DNA from: Pseudomonadota bacterium
GTDB taxonomy: Bacteria > Campylobacterota > Campylobacteria > Campylobacterales > Sulfurimonadaceae
Length of the DNA: 64,000 bases
Direction of reading: 5' to 3'
Assembly: GCA_043797085.1 (NCBI GenBank)
Contig: JAZDQA010000008.1
Coordinates: forward strand, 96,001-160,000
Below, one piece after another: positions 46,100 to 58,130 of this stretch. Both the position numbers and the translations under genes were made by a program. Position 1 is the first letter of the stretch. The number at the start of each line of letters is the position of its first letter. Below the pieces are notes generated by a model. The model ran no database searches. It saw only the letters and a list, made by a program, of their open reading frames with translations, and was not told where the DNA came from.

Positions 46100-49000
46100 A
46101 TGAGACTACCATTCCGTTATCAGTTTATTCTCTCTTTTTTGAGCATCGAGATCGTTTTTATCTCTTTGATTGTTTTTTTTAATTTTACATCACTTAGTAA
46201 GTTGTCACATTCTCTGATTGAAGAAAAAATTCAAACAGCGACAAGCCTTTTTGGTGAGATGATAAAAACTCCAATGATTACCTACGATCTTGGAACACTG
46301 GATAATCAAGTAGAAAGCTTTACCAATATCAAAAATATTGTAGCGGTGAAACTCTTTGATAATCAAAACAAACTGCTCAGCAATATCACATCAGATCCTA
46401 AATTTACTGTAGATAGTTTTCCAGAAGCCACAGGTGATATTCAACAAGAAAATCGAATATTTAGGCTGGTGAATGTCCCTATTACGGTTGATGGTGAAAT
46501 ATTGGGTAACGCTAAGGTACTGTTTGAACTGACAGAAAGTCTACATACAATTGATAAAAATAGAAACTTGACTTTTTTACTTATATTTATTGAGATTACT
46601 CTTAGCTCAATCGCTGCTTACCTTATTGGTCGTAAGCTCACAGGTGCATTGAATCAGTTAACATCATCTGCAGAGCAGATAGCACAAAGTGATGATGTTA
46701 TCATTCCTGATGTAGGCAAAGAGGGTGATGAGATGTCACTTCTTTCTCATACACTGCATCTAATGCAAAAACGCATCGCCGAACGTAATAGTAAATTACG
46801 AGATGTTGTTGAGAAGCTTCAAGAAGACATAATTGAACGTAAAGAGCTTGAAAGTAAACTTCTATACGAGCGAAATTTCAATAAAGCGCTCGTTGATAAT
46901 GCAAATGCCATCATTGCGGTCATTGATTCAAATGGGGTGATGAATTCAATTAATCCTTATGGCGAAGACTTTAGCGGATATACACAAGAGGAGATCGCTT
47001 CAGAGCCCTATTTTTGGAAGAGATTTCTGCACCCTCAGATGCAAGAAAAAGTTTTTGGCATCATAGAGAATGCAAAATCCGGAAAAATTGTCAAAAGTTT
47101 TCAGAATTCATGGATTTCAAAAGAGGGGAAAGAAGGTTTTTTTGAATGGTCTAATATGTTGGTTTGTAAGCCTGACGGGTCAATGGATTATCTTGCGACG
47201 ATTGGGATTGATATTTCGGATCAAGAATGGCAAAAGATGGAACTGCAACGACAAAAAGAAGAATTTGAAACCATTTTTAATATCTCAAAAGATGGAATCG
47301 CAATTCTTGATATGGAATCAAACTTTTTGGATTTTAATGATTCATATTTAGAAATGACCGGATTTTCCAGAGAAGATTTACTTACTAAATCATGCATCGG
47401 ATTAAGTGCTCCTGAAGACGTTTCTCGATCAATTGAAGCATTGAAGATTGTTTTTGAAAAAGGTTCAATAAGCAATTATGAAAAAACATGTATTGTAAAA
47501 GACGAGAAGCGTGTTGTCATCAATATGTCAGTTTCATTGATGCCGGATAAAAAGAGAATACTCATTAGTACAAAAGATATTACGCACAAGAAAAAAATTG
47601 AAGAAGCTATCCTCTTGGCAAAAGAACAAGCAGAATATGCTAACAAAGCTAAAAGTGAATTTTTGGCAAACATGAGCCATGAAATACGGACTCCGCTTAA
47701 CGGTATTATCGGATTAAATGATTTGGTATTAAAAACTTCTTTAACGGAAATACAGCACGATTACCTGACAAAAACACAGCAGTCGTCTAAAGCATTGCTA
47801 AGTGTTATCAATGATATCTTGGATTACTCTAAAATTGAAGCAGGTAAATTGGAATTTGAGGAAAAAGTTTTTTCCATTGAGAACCTATTGCGAAATGTTT
47901 CAGATTTGTTTGAATATGCCATTTCGGGGAAATCTCTTGAGATGCACATTGATATTCACCCTGATACACCGAGAATGCTAAAAGGAGATTCTCTTCGCGT
48001 AGGGCAAGTATTTAATAACCTTGTCGGGAATGCTATTAAGTTTACAGAAAAAGGGGATGTCACCCTCCATGTGAAACCGATTGCTCAAACAGATACCCAT
48101 GTTCAGCTGCAATGCTCTATTACGGATACGGGTATCGGAATGAGTGAAGAAGAGCAATCAAGACTGTTTCAGGCATTTTCTCAAACCGATACTTCCAATA
48201 CTCGTAAATATGGCGGAACCGGTCTTGGGCTTACGATTTGTAAACAACTGATTGAGCTCATGGGTGGGGAGATTTGGCAAGAGAGTGTAAAAGGAAGCGG
48301 GTCAACATTTACGTTTACACTGCAGCTTAAAAAAGATGAATCCCAAGAGACAGTAGCATATAGCAGCAATTATTTGCGTGACCAACGCTTTTTAGTTGTT
48401 GATGATAATCAGCTTGAGCGCGAGCTGATCGGAGGCATACTCACTTCATGGGGTGCTAATCCAACATTGTGCGGAAGTGGTGAAGATGCAATTAATTTAG
48501 CAGAAAACCAGCCGTTTGATTATTTAATCGTTGATTGGCAAATGCCTGGTATTGATGGACTTGATGTTATTAAAACTCTTCAAGAGGGCTTGAATACTAA
48601 ATTTCCTAAAGTTATAATGGTGACGGCTCATCTTAAAGATGAACTTTTGAAAGTTGCGGCAGCTCGACATATCACGGTAGAAAAAATTCTTCATAAACCG
48701 GTGAGCCCCTCTATATTATTTGAATCCATTACGGAGACGGTAAAGTCTGAAATAGACAAAGAAACAATGTCCGAAAAACGTTTTGTTGCTCACGGTAATA
48801 TACTGGTTGTTGAGGATAACGAGATCAACCAATTGGTAGCAAGAGATCTGCTTGAATTTTTTGGACTGAATGTAAGTATGGCAAATAATGGGCAAGAAGG
48901 GGTAGAAAAAGTTAAAAATCAATCCTATGATTTAGTTTTAATGGATCTGCAAATGCCCATAATGGACGGTTTTGAAGCAACTCGTAAGATTCGTGAGTTT

Positions 49001-49750
49001 AATCAAGATATCCCGATTATTGCTTTGAGTGCTGCTGTGATGGATCATGATAAAAAACTGACAAGAGATGTCGGAATGAATGAGCATCTTTCTAAACCAA
49101 TCGACATGGAAGAATTACAGCATCTGCTTAGTAACTATCTTGAAACAGATTGGATAGCTGAAGATGTGATTGTTGAAAAAAGTGATGATGTTTATGGAAT
49201 CGATATGACAGATTTATCCAATAAACTGAAAAAACCTGAACAAATCGAACGTTTTCTAAAGCTTTTTGCCCATGGATATCGTGAATTTTCACAAAAGATC
49301 ATGAATGTTCCTATCGGAAGTGAAGAGTTTAAGCAGCTGATTCATGGTATCAAAGGAGTCAGCGGTAATGTATCGGCAATGATGGTCTATGCTATTGTCA
49401 AAGTAATCGATGAATGCGACGATGCGGACATTCAAAAAGAGCTGGTACCCTCTTTAATTGAGGAACTGGATCATGTGATAGCCTCAATCGACGAGCGGTA
49501 TCCCAAAACAGCTATTGCAGCATCCAAAAATACTGATGCAGAGACTATGCGTTTAATTATAGAAGACATCGTCTCCAAACTGGAGAACAAAGAATTTATT
49601 GATGATGATCAGCTGGAAGATTGCATAGGCAGGCTCTCACAATTTATAGACGAAGAAACAATTTCGAAAATCAATAATTCAATAGAAAATTTTGAGTATG
49701 ATACGGCAAAAAAATTATTTCAAAGCGTCAAGGAACAATTGAATGGATAA
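46100..49750 (+). CDS. Hybrid sensor kinase (TM-HAMP-PAS-PAS-HisKA-HATPase-REC-REC-Hpt)
   Basis: [27 protein letters not shown], two receiver domains, HGIKGVSGN. Confidence 0.92.
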   Translation: MRLPFRYQFILSFLSIEIVFISLIVFFNFTSLSKLSHSLIEEKIQTATSLFGEMIKTPMITYDLGTLDNQVESFTNIKNIVAVKLFDNQNKLLSNITSDPKFTVDSFPEATGDIQQENRIFRLVNVPITVDGEILGNAKVLFELTESLHTIDKNRNLTFLLIFIEITLSSIAAYLIGRKLTGALNQLTSSAEQIAQSDDVIIPDVGKEGDEMSLLSHTLHLMQKRIAERNSKLRDVVEKLQEDIIERKELESKLLYERNFNKALVDNANAIIAVIDSNGVMNSINPYGEDFSGYTQEEIASEPYFWKRFLHPQMQEKVFGIIENAKSGKIVKSFQNSWISKEGKEGFFEWSNMLVCKPDGSMDYLATIGIDISDQEWQKMELQRQKEEFETIFNISKDGIAILDMESNFLDFNDSYLEMTGFSREDLLTKSCIGLSAPEDVSRSIEALKIVFEKGSISNYEKTCIVKDEKRVVINMSVSLMPDKKRILISTKDITHKKKIEEAILLAKEQAEYANKAKSEFLANMSHEIRTPLNGIIGLNDLVLKTSLTEIQHDYLTKTQQSSKALLSVINDILDYSKIEAGKLEFEEKVFSIENLLRNVSDLFEYAISGKSLEMHIDIHPDTPRMLKGDSLRVGQVFNNLVGNAIKFTEKGDVTLHVKPIAQTDTHVQLQCSITDTGIGMSEEEQSRLFQAFSQTDTSNTRKYGGTGLGLTICKQLIELMGGEIWQESVKGSGSTFTFTLQLKKDESQETVAYSSNYLRDQRFLVVDDNQLERELIGGILTSWGANPTLCGSGEDAINLAENQPFDYLIVDWQMPGIDGLDVIKTLQEGLNTKFPKVIMVTAHLKDELLKVAAARHITVEKILHKPVSPSILFESITETVKSEIDKETMSEKRFVAHGNILVVEDNEINQLVARDLLEFFGLNVSMANNGQEGVEKVKNQSYDLVLMDLQMPIMDGFEATRKIREFNQDIPIIALSAAVMDHDKKLTRDVGMNEHLSKPIDMEELQHLLSNYLETDWIAEDVIVEKSDDVYGIDMTDLSNKLKKPEQIERFLKLFAHGYREFSQKIMNVPIGSEEFKQLIHGIKGVSGNVSAMMVYAIVKVIDECDDADIQKELVPSLIEELDHVIASIDERYPKTAIAASKNTDAETMRLIIEDIVSKLENKEFIDDDQLEDCIGRLSQFIDEETISKINNSIENFEYDTAKKLFQSVKEQLNG

Positions 49751-50990
49751 GCCTAGTATTTTAATTGTTGATGATGAACCGCTTAATCTTAAGCTAGTAG
49801 CACAAAGCTTGAGAGAACGTTACTCTATATTTGTTGTTCGCAGTGGAGTAGAAGCCCTTGCTTTGTTGGTTGACCATAACATAAATTTAATTTTACTTGA
49901 TATAAATATGCCCGATATGGATGGGTTTGAAGTAGCTCATGAGCTGAAAAAACTACCAAATACTGCAAAGATCCCGGTCATCTTTTTAACGGCGGATAAG
50001 ACGCAAGAAACCATTGTCAGAGCATTTCAAGCAGGTGCGGTTGATTACATCACAAAGCCCTTTCAGCCTGAAGAGCTAAATGCTCGGGTAGACAATCATA
50101 TCCGAGCTAATCAACTCCAAAAAGAGTTAAAAAAAGCGTCGAAAAACAATATCCATTTGCTTGAGATTATTAATGCCTATGTCTCATTTATAAAAGTAGA
50201 TCCAAAAGGAATCATTCAAGAAATTAGCGACAATTTTTGTAAGCAGCTTGAATGTAATAAAGAATATATCATAGGTAAGAATATCAATATACTTAAGTCT
50301 GGCAATATGGATCATTCTTTTTATCAAGAAATATGGCAGAGGATACTTTCTGGGGAAACATTTTCATATGATATTGAAGACGGAAATTTTTCAGGAGGAA
50401 CCAATTGGTATCATGTTACGGTATCACAGGATTACAATCATAAAAATGAACTTATTGGATTTATCGCTTTTTATGAAAATATTGATGAAAAAATGCGTTA
50501 TATGTATGATGCTCAAACGGATAGATTAACGGGATTACTTAACAGAGCAAAAATAGATGATATTTTACAATCTGAAATCAAACGTGCCACACGCAATGAG
50601 TTTGCACTTTCTGTGATCCTTGTAGACATTGATTATTTTAAAGAGGTCAATGACAAATATGGCCATCAGACAGGTGACTTGATTTTGAGTGAGTTTGCAA
50701 CTTTATTGTCCAACAATATACGAGAAACAGATTTTATAGGACGATGGGGAGGAGAAGAATTTTTGATAATCTGCCCTCATACGGATTCTGATGGTACTTT
50801 TGCATTGGCAGAAAATCTTAGAAAAAGAGTAGAATCGACTACTTTTTCTGTAATTGGCAATAAAACATCAAGTTTTGGAATTGCTCAATTATACAAAAGT
50901 GATACGATTGAAGACATATTCAAGAACGTTGATTTTGCTCTTTATCATGCGAAAAAAATGGGAAGAAATCAAGTTCAGCGTTATAAATAA
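49743..50990 (+). CDS. REC-PAS-GGDEF diguanylate cyclase response regulator
   Basis: LILLDINMPDMDG; RWGGEEF. Confidence 0.9.
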   Translation: MDKPSILIVDDEPLNLKLVAQSLRERYSIFVVRSGVEALALLVDHNINLILLDINMPDMDGFEVAHELKKLPNTAKIPVIFLTADKTQETIVRAFQAGAVDYITKPFQPEELNARVDNHIRANQLQKELKKASKNNIHLLEIINAYVSFIKVDPKGIIQEISDNFCKQLECNKEYIIGKNINILKSGNMDHSFYQEIWQRILSGETFSYDIEDGNFSGGTNWYHVTVSQDYNHKNELIGFIAFYENIDEKMRYMYDAQTDRLTGLLNRAKIDDILQSEIKRATRNEFALSVILVDIDYFKEVNDKYGHQTGDLILSEFATLLSNNIRETDFIGRWGGEEFLIICPHTDSDGTFALAENLRKRVESTTFSVIGNKTSSFGIAQLYKSDTIEDIFKNVDFALYHAKKMGRNQVQRYK

Positions 50991-51018
50991 ACACAGAATC
51001 CACAATCCAATATAAATC

Positions 51019-51933
51019 TTAAATACCTCTTTTGAAAATCAAATTTTTAAGGCTTCGGTCTTCATTGCTTGCGGGGAAGCTCTTTAGATTCTCCAGTCTT
51101 TCAATATAACGAAATTCAGGGGCATTTTCTTTAAAAAGAGTTTTAATAAATTCAGGGTCCAATTCTGGAGCATTGAGTGCGGATAAAATAGTACATTCTT
51201 CTGACGCGAATTCATGAAGTCTACGGATGATTTTCTCATAGTCGCTGGTTGCTGCGAACGAGCCTTTTTGGAAGCTTGGTGGATCGATGATGATCAGGTC
51301 GTAAGGTCCTGATTTACGGATACGACTCCATGATTTTAGAATATTGTACGGCATAAATTCCACTTTTTTTGTGTCAAGTCCGTTTAGTCGATGATTTTCT
51401 CTTCCTATGCTGAGAACATTTTTGTTCATATCGACATTTACAACGGCCTTTGCTTCTGCTGCAATAGCTGCAACAGAGAAAGAACAGGTATAGGAAAAGA
51501 GATTTAAGACATTTTTGTTACTGGCATGAGCACGGACAAACGATCTTCCATTTTTCATGTCGGGAAAGAAACCAATATTTTGGGCATTGAGAAAATTGAG
51601 ATGATATTTGAGACCGTTTTCTGTGGCGAACGTCTCTTGGGGTAACTCTCCTGCAATCACCGTAGAGGGAGCCTGTGGAAGATAGCGTTGTTGGACGATC
51701 ATTGCGTCCCATTTTTGCTCATGATAATAGAAATCACTTAACATGGCAATAATCGTTTCTTCATCATCAGCCGCGTCAAATAATACGATAAATAATACCT
51801 TGTCCACACTGTCTACTGTGAGAAATCGATACCCCTCGTATACGTCGCCTCGTCCGTGAAATAATCGGGTATATTCTTCGGTTTTGTTTTGAGCGTTGAT
51901 GCTTATGAGCTGCTGTAAATCATTTAGGGTCAT
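51019..51933 (-). CDS. Class I SAM-dependent methyltransferase (RlmI/RlmK-like)
   Basis: QNIGFFPDM, VLNLFSYTCSFS, DLIIIDPPSF. Confidence 0.85.
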   Translation of the reverse strand: MTLNDLQQLISINAQNKTEEYTRLFHGRGDVYEGYRFLTVDSVDKVLFIVLFDAADDEETIIAMLSDFYYHEQKWDAMIVQQRYLPQAPSTVIAGELPQETFATENGLKYHLNFLNAQNIGFFPDMKNGRSFVRAHASNKNVLNLFSYTCSFSVAAIAAEAKAVVNVDMNKNVLSIGRENHRLNGLDTKKVEFMPYNILKSWSRIRKSGPYDLIIIDPPSFQKGSFAATSDYEKIIRRLHEFASEECTILSALNAPELDPEFIKTLFKENAPEFRYIERLENLKSFPASNEDRSLKNLIFKRGI

Positions 51934-52046
51934 ATTTATGTATCTTTTATATAAGTGGTGAAAGTATAGCAGGAGTTGGATGGATCGCTCAGAAGAGTTC
52001 AGGATGCAATATCATCGTGATATAATACCTCAAGCGAGGGAACGGC

Positions 52047-53306
52047 ATGGAAATAATGGATTACAGTGACCGTTCTAAAATAGAGTTTGGCTTAACTGAA
52101 AAAATAGCTTCCAAAACGATGCAGTGGGCAGTAAAAAAGTACCTTCATCTAAAAACAACTCAAAAAGTATTACCGACTGCACCTGATCAAACACTGCGTC
52201 TATTGTACATTCACATCCCTTTTTGTCTGACACTGTGCCCGTATTGCTCATTCCATAAATTCAGATTTGACGAGCCAAGCGCCAAACGATATTTTAAACT
52301 GTTGCACAAAGAGATGCAGATGATTCACTCTCTTGGGTATCGATTTGATTCGATTTATTTAGGAGGCGGAACGACGACGATTTTACCCTCAGAGTTGGGA
52401 GAGACAATCGATTTGGCTAAATCGATATTCGATATCCGTGAGGTGTCGTGTGAGAGCGATCCACAACATTTGATAGATTTGGAGGATGCAAATCTAATCG
52501 GTAAGATTGATCGTCTTTCTATAGGGATTCAGAGTTTTAATGATGATACTCTCAAACAAATTGGGCGATATAAAAAGTTTGGTTCTGCTGAAAACCAGTA
52601 TGCAAAAGTAGAACGTGCTATCCAGAATTTTCCGATCGTAAACATAGATATGATTTATAATTATCCGAATCAAAGCGAAGAAGCTTTGCACCATGAGATC
52701 GATACGATTCTCAAACTCCGCCCGCCACAAGTGACTTTTTATCCGCTGATGTATGCACCTGGAATTCGAGAGAGTCTCAGTAAGCGGTGGGGAGATCTCA
52801 GCGATACCAAGGAAGCAAAACTTTATCGTATCATCATGGAAAGGATGAACGGGATTTATACTCAGCGGTCGAGTTGGGCATGGTCATTGGAGAAAGAGGG
52901 CATTATCGATGAATACGTGATCGAGAGGAGTGAATATGTCGGGATCGGAAGCGGTGCATTTAGCTTTATAAGTGATACTCTCTACGCTAATACGTTTTCA
53001 TTGCCTGAATATGCAGAAGCATTAGCTGATAACCGATTGCCCATCACGTACGCGATCTCTTTCCCCTCACGTGCAATTCGTCAATATAGGATGATGGTGG
53101 AATTGTTTGGTTTCTCACCAGCAACAGAGCACTTATGGATAGAAAATACTCTTTTAAAACTGTTTGGTGGATACACAAAAGGGAAAGTAAATGCCAAAGG
53201 CTCTTATCTTTTTTCCGTCATGATGAGGGAGTTTTATAACGGAATGGATTACGTCCGCGAGACAATGCGTCATAATCTGACGAATAAAGATGGTTTGATC
53301 GAGTAG
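52047..53306 (+). CDS. mqnK: HemN-like class C radical SAM enzyme, probable menaquinone C8-methyltransferase MqnK
   Basis: LYIHIPFCLTLCPYCSFHK, YLGGGTTT, and QVTFYPLM (QxTxYPLM signature). Confidence 0.7.
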   Translation: MEIMDYSDRSKIEFGLTEKIASKTMQWAVKKYLHLKTTQKVLPTAPDQTLRLLYIHIPFCLTLCPYCSFHKFRFDEPSAKRYFKLLHKEMQMIHSLGYRFDSIYLGGGTTTILPSELGETIDLAKSIFDIREVSCESDPQHLIDLEDANLIGKIDRLSIGIQSFNDDTLKQIGRYKKFGSAENQYAKVERAIQNFPIVNIDMIYNYPNQSEEALHHEIDTILKLRPPQVTFYPLMYAPGIRESLSKRWGDLSDTKEAKLYRIIMERMNGIYTQRSSWAWSLEKEGIIDEYVIERSEYVGIGSGAFSFISDTLYANTFSLPEYAEALADNRLPITYAISFPSRAIRQYRMMVELFGFSPATEHLWIENTLLKLFGGYTKGKVNAKGSYLFSVMMREFYNGMDYVRETMRHNLTNKDGLIE

Positions 53307-53452
53307 AAATATACTTTGAAACCGTTAAGTGAGCGAAAAAGTAATGATTTTTTTTATGGACTTCAAAATAAAGATTAATATTAAACTTTAAAATAAAAAT
53401 ATATTTTGCTACAATAGTTATATAAATTTGAGATTTATGCAGGATGATACGT

Positions 53453-56400
53453 ATGAAAAGAACAACATTGGCCTCGATATTAACTAAAAATGTAACCACA
53501 CTTTCCATTGATGTCACGGTATCGTATGCCATGGAAGTGATGACTCTTGGTAACCTCAGTTCTTTAATTATTGTTGATGCTGATAATAGACCGATAGGAA
53601 TTTTCACTGAACGAGACAGTTTAAAAGTAATTTCAGGAAAAATAGCCTTAGACTCTCATTTAGGTGATGCGATGAGCCAGGGGGTTTATACAGTACATCG
53701 GGATGATGAGATCCATGACACCTACGCCATTATGTCTGACAAAGGTTTTCGGCATTTGGTTATCGTAGATGATGAAGGAAGGCTAGAAGGAGTAGCGACC
53801 CAAGGCGATTTCCTTCGTCATATCGGTTTTGACAATATGACGTATAGCAAAAATATTACGACAGTAATGACCAAATCGGTTGTGATGCTGAATCGTGATT
53901 CAACTATCACCTATGCAGCTTCTTTGATGGCAGAGCATCATAGTGACTATGCTGTCATTACGGAGGGTACGATTCCGGTTGGTCTTATTACTGAACGGGA
54001 TATTTTGCAGTATGCTTCAGCTAAAAATGAATTCGGTGATGATCCGATTTGGAGTGTCTATCAGAGTGATTTTCCTGTGTGCACAGAAGAGACATCTTTG
54101 TCTGAAGCGGCTTCACTTATGGAGCATCATGGTGTTCATCAACTGATTATTGCGGATGATGATGGGAATCTCGTCGGATTATTGACGCGTTATGATCTTT
54201 TACAGGCATTGCATGGGAGTTATTTTGAGTTTTTGATTCGCCAAGTTGATAGCAAAAGTACAGCTTTGACTGAACTCAAAGATGTATATGCTAAGCTGGT
54301 ACAAGACCAAGATGATTTGAGCAAAAGTGAAGAAAAATTCCGAACGTTATTTGACATGCTTCCTGATGGGGTTGTGCTTGTAGATCCTATTACCCATCAA
54401 ACCGTTGATTTTAACAGTGTTGCTGCACAGCAATTGGGTTATACGGCAGATGAGTTTTTAGAGATCAATATAAGTGATTATGAAACGATTGAAACAAAAG
54501 AAGAAACAAATGCACATGTTCAAGCGATTCTTCATGATGGACAACATGAATTTGATACGGTTCACCGTCGAAAAAATGGATCATTGATGGACGTTCGTGT
54601 GACTGTTTCTGGAGTGACTATTCGAGAAAATCCCTATCTTTTAGCCTATTATCGTGATATTACAGATAAAAAAAGACAAGCGATTCGTTTACAAGCACAG
54701 TTAGATCTTTTAGGGATAATAGCTACAAATATACCGATGCAGGAATTGCTTGAAACGATCTCATTATTTGTTGAAAAGCAATGTAATGGAATCAAGTGCT
54801 CGATTTTATTGGCTGACGATAAAACACAGACGCTTCAAAATGGTGCGGCACCGAGTATTCCTTTATCGTATACAAATTCAATTATTGGAGTGCCTATAGC
54901 GCAAGGAAATGGTTCTTGCGGAACTGCGTGTGCGACTAGATTGCCCGTTGTTGTGAGTGACGTCTTAACTGATCCTCTTTGGCATCAGTATCTTTCGTTG
55001 ATTAAACCGTATTCATGGCTTCGTGCATGCTGGTCAACACCATTTTTTGATCAAGACAAAAATTTACTTGGTACATTTGCCCTTTATGCCGATACCCAGA
55101 GAAATCCTGATGCCAATGAACAAGAACTAATGACGTATTCCGCGTCACTTGCGGGTATGGTAGTAGAACGCTTTTCACGGCAGGAAGCATACGCTCAGCA
55201 AGCCGTATTTTTACATACACTGATCAATACAATTCCCGATTTAGTCTGGGTGAAAGATATGGCAGGAGTATATCTCGCGTGTAATGAGATGTTTGAACGT
55301 CTTTATAATGCCAAAGAGCTAGAGATTATAGGTAAAACAGATTTTGATTTTGTAGATTCTGAGCTTGCGCAATTTTTTCAAGATCATGATCGAGCAGCCA
55401 TAGCAGCAGGGGGATCAAAAACCAATGAAGAATTTTTAAAATTTGCCGATGGAAGCTATGAAGGGTTGTTTGATACGATCAAAACACCCATGAAAGATGC
55501 AGAGGGTACTATTATCGGAGTACTTGGAATTGCCCGTGATATTACCGATCGAAAACGTTATGAAGAGCGACTCGAGACGTTGGCAAACTATGATACATTG
55601 ACAGGCTTAGCAAATCGTGCATTATTCTCTTCACATCTGCAAAGCTCGATTGAAAAAGCTAAGCGTCACAAAACTCAAATTGCTGTATTAATGTTTGATT
55701 TAGACCGCTTTAAAGATGTTAATGACAGCTTCGGGCATGCAGCAGGAGATGAGCTGCTTCAGCAAGTAGCACAGCGGTTTGATGTGAGATTACGCGATGG
55801 AGATATTATCAGCCGTTTGGGCGGAGATGAGTTTGCTATTGTCTTGGAACATCTTAATCGTCCAGAAGATGCGGGTAGGATCGCAAAAGAAATGATCGAT
55901 GCACAAAATGCTCCCTATAAACTGATCGGCGGCGCACTAGTGCATATCGGGATGAGTGCCGGGATTGTTCTTTTTCCTGATCATGGAGAGAGTGCTTCTG
56001 AGTTACTTCAGCATGCTGATGCAGCTTTGTATAAAGCGAAAGGGGAGGGGCGAGGTATCTATCGCTACTATACCGATGAATTAACCGATTCCGCACGTCA
56101 ACGGATTGAATATGAAACCTGTTTGCGTCGAGCAGTTACGAATAATGAATTTGAGGTGTATTATCAGCCACAGGTTCATATCGCAACCGGAAAGATTGTT
56201 GGTGCTGAAGCGTTGGTACGCTGGAATGATCCTGAGAAAGGGATAATCTATCCTAGTCTGTTTATTCCTATCGCTGAGGATACGGGTCTGATTGGTGCAA
56301 TCGGTGAATGGGTACTAAACGAGACGTGCCGACAGGGAAAAATTTGGCTGGACGGCGGGCATCGACTGACGCTTGCGGTCAATCTCTCTGCGCATCAAGT

Positions 56401-56860
56401 ACGTCACCAGAATATTCCGGCAATGGTTGAATCAGCTCTTAAAAAGTCAGGATATCCGGCAGATAAGCTCGAGCTCGAACTCACAGAAAGCGCTCTTATG
56501 CAAAGGGAAGAGGAGACGGTGGCAATGCTTCATATGCTTCGTGCACAGGGGATACGACTTGCCATTGATGACTTCGGTACTGGATATTCGTCACTCTCCT
56601 ATCTGAAACGGTTTCCGATTGATGTATTAAAAATTGATAAAAGTTTTGTGGATGATCTTCCGTTTGATGCAGATGATATGGCGATTGTTACGGCCATTAT
56701 CGCTATGGGGACAGCACTTGGTTTTCAGATTTTAGCGGAGGGAACAGAGCGTATCGAGCAGATTGAATTCTTAAAAGAGCGTGGATGTACAATGTATCAA
56801 GGGTATTATAAAAGTCCGCCACTACCTGCAAAAGAGTTTTTTGAACTGTTATGCAAATAG
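53453..56860 (+). CDS. 4xCBS-PAS-GAF-PAS-GGDEF-EAL protein
   Basis: GIFTERD/GLITERD CBS motifs; GSCGTA GAF; RLGGDEF; AEALVRW; IDDFGTGYSSL. Confidence 0.92.
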   Translation: MKRTTLASILTKNVTTLSIDVTVSYAMEVMTLGNLSSLIIVDADNRPIGIFTERDSLKVISGKIALDSHLGDAMSQGVYTVHRDDEIHDTYAIMSDKGFRHLVIVDDEGRLEGVATQGDFLRHIGFDNMTYSKNITTVMTKSVVMLNRDSTITYAASLMAEHHSDYAVITEGTIPVGLITERDILQYASAKNEFGDDPIWSVYQSDFPVCTEETSLSEAASLMEHHGVHQLIIADDDGNLVGLLTRYDLLQALHGSYFEFLIRQVDSKSTALTELKDVYAKLVQDQDDLSKSEEKFRTLFDMLPDGVVLVDPITHQTVDFNSVAAQQLGYTADEFLEINISDYETIETKEETNAHVQAILHDGQHEFDTVHRRKNGSLMDVRVTVSGVTIRENPYLLAYYRDITDKKRQAIRLQAQLDLLGIIATNIPMQELLETISLFVEKQCNGIKCSILLADDKTQTLQNGAAPSIPLSYTNSIIGVPIAQGNGSCGTACATRLPVVVSDVLTDPLWHQYLSLIKPYSWLRACWSTPFFDQDKNLLGTFALYADTQRNPDANEQELMTYSASLAGMVVERFSRQEAYAQQAVFLHTLINTIPDLVWVKDMAGVYLACNEMFERLYNAKELEIIGKTDFDFVDSELAQFFQDHDRAAIAAGGSKTNEEFLKFADGSYEGLFDTIKTPMKDAEGTIIGVLGIARDITDRKRYEERLETLANYDTLTGLANRALFSSHLQSSIEKAKRHKTQIAVLMFDLDRFKDVNDSFGHAAGDELLQQVAQRFDVRLRDGDIISRLGGDEFAIVLEHLNRPEDAGRIAKEMIDAQNAPYKLIGGALVHIGMSAGIVLFPDHGESASELLQHADAALYKAKGEGRGIYRYYTDELTDSARQRIEYETCLRRAVTNNEFEVYYQPQVHIATGKIVGAEALVRWNDPEKGIIYPSLFIPIAEDTGLIGAIGEWVLNETCRQGKIWLDGGHRLTLAVNLSAHQVRHQNIPAMVESALKKSGYPADKLELELTESALMQREEETVAMLHMLRAQGIRLAIDDFGTGYSSLSYLKRFPIDVLKIDKSFVDDLPFDADDMAIVTAIIAMGTALGFQILAEGTERIEQIEFLKERGCTMYQGYYKSPPLPAKEFFELLCK

Positions 56861-56880
56861 GAAGCTCTTCTTTGTATGAA

Positions 56881-58074
<1,194 letters not shown>

Positions 58075-58100
58075 TCATGTGTCGTTATTATAAGGACTAA

Positions 58101-58115
58101 TGCAAGATTTGTTCG
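58101..58115 (-). promoter_or_regulatory. Non-canonical sigma54-like motif for nifS
   Basis: CG-AACAAATCTT-GC-A, 35 nt before the ATG. Confidence 0.65.
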
Positions 58116-58130
58116 AGAAGGAAGGTCACT

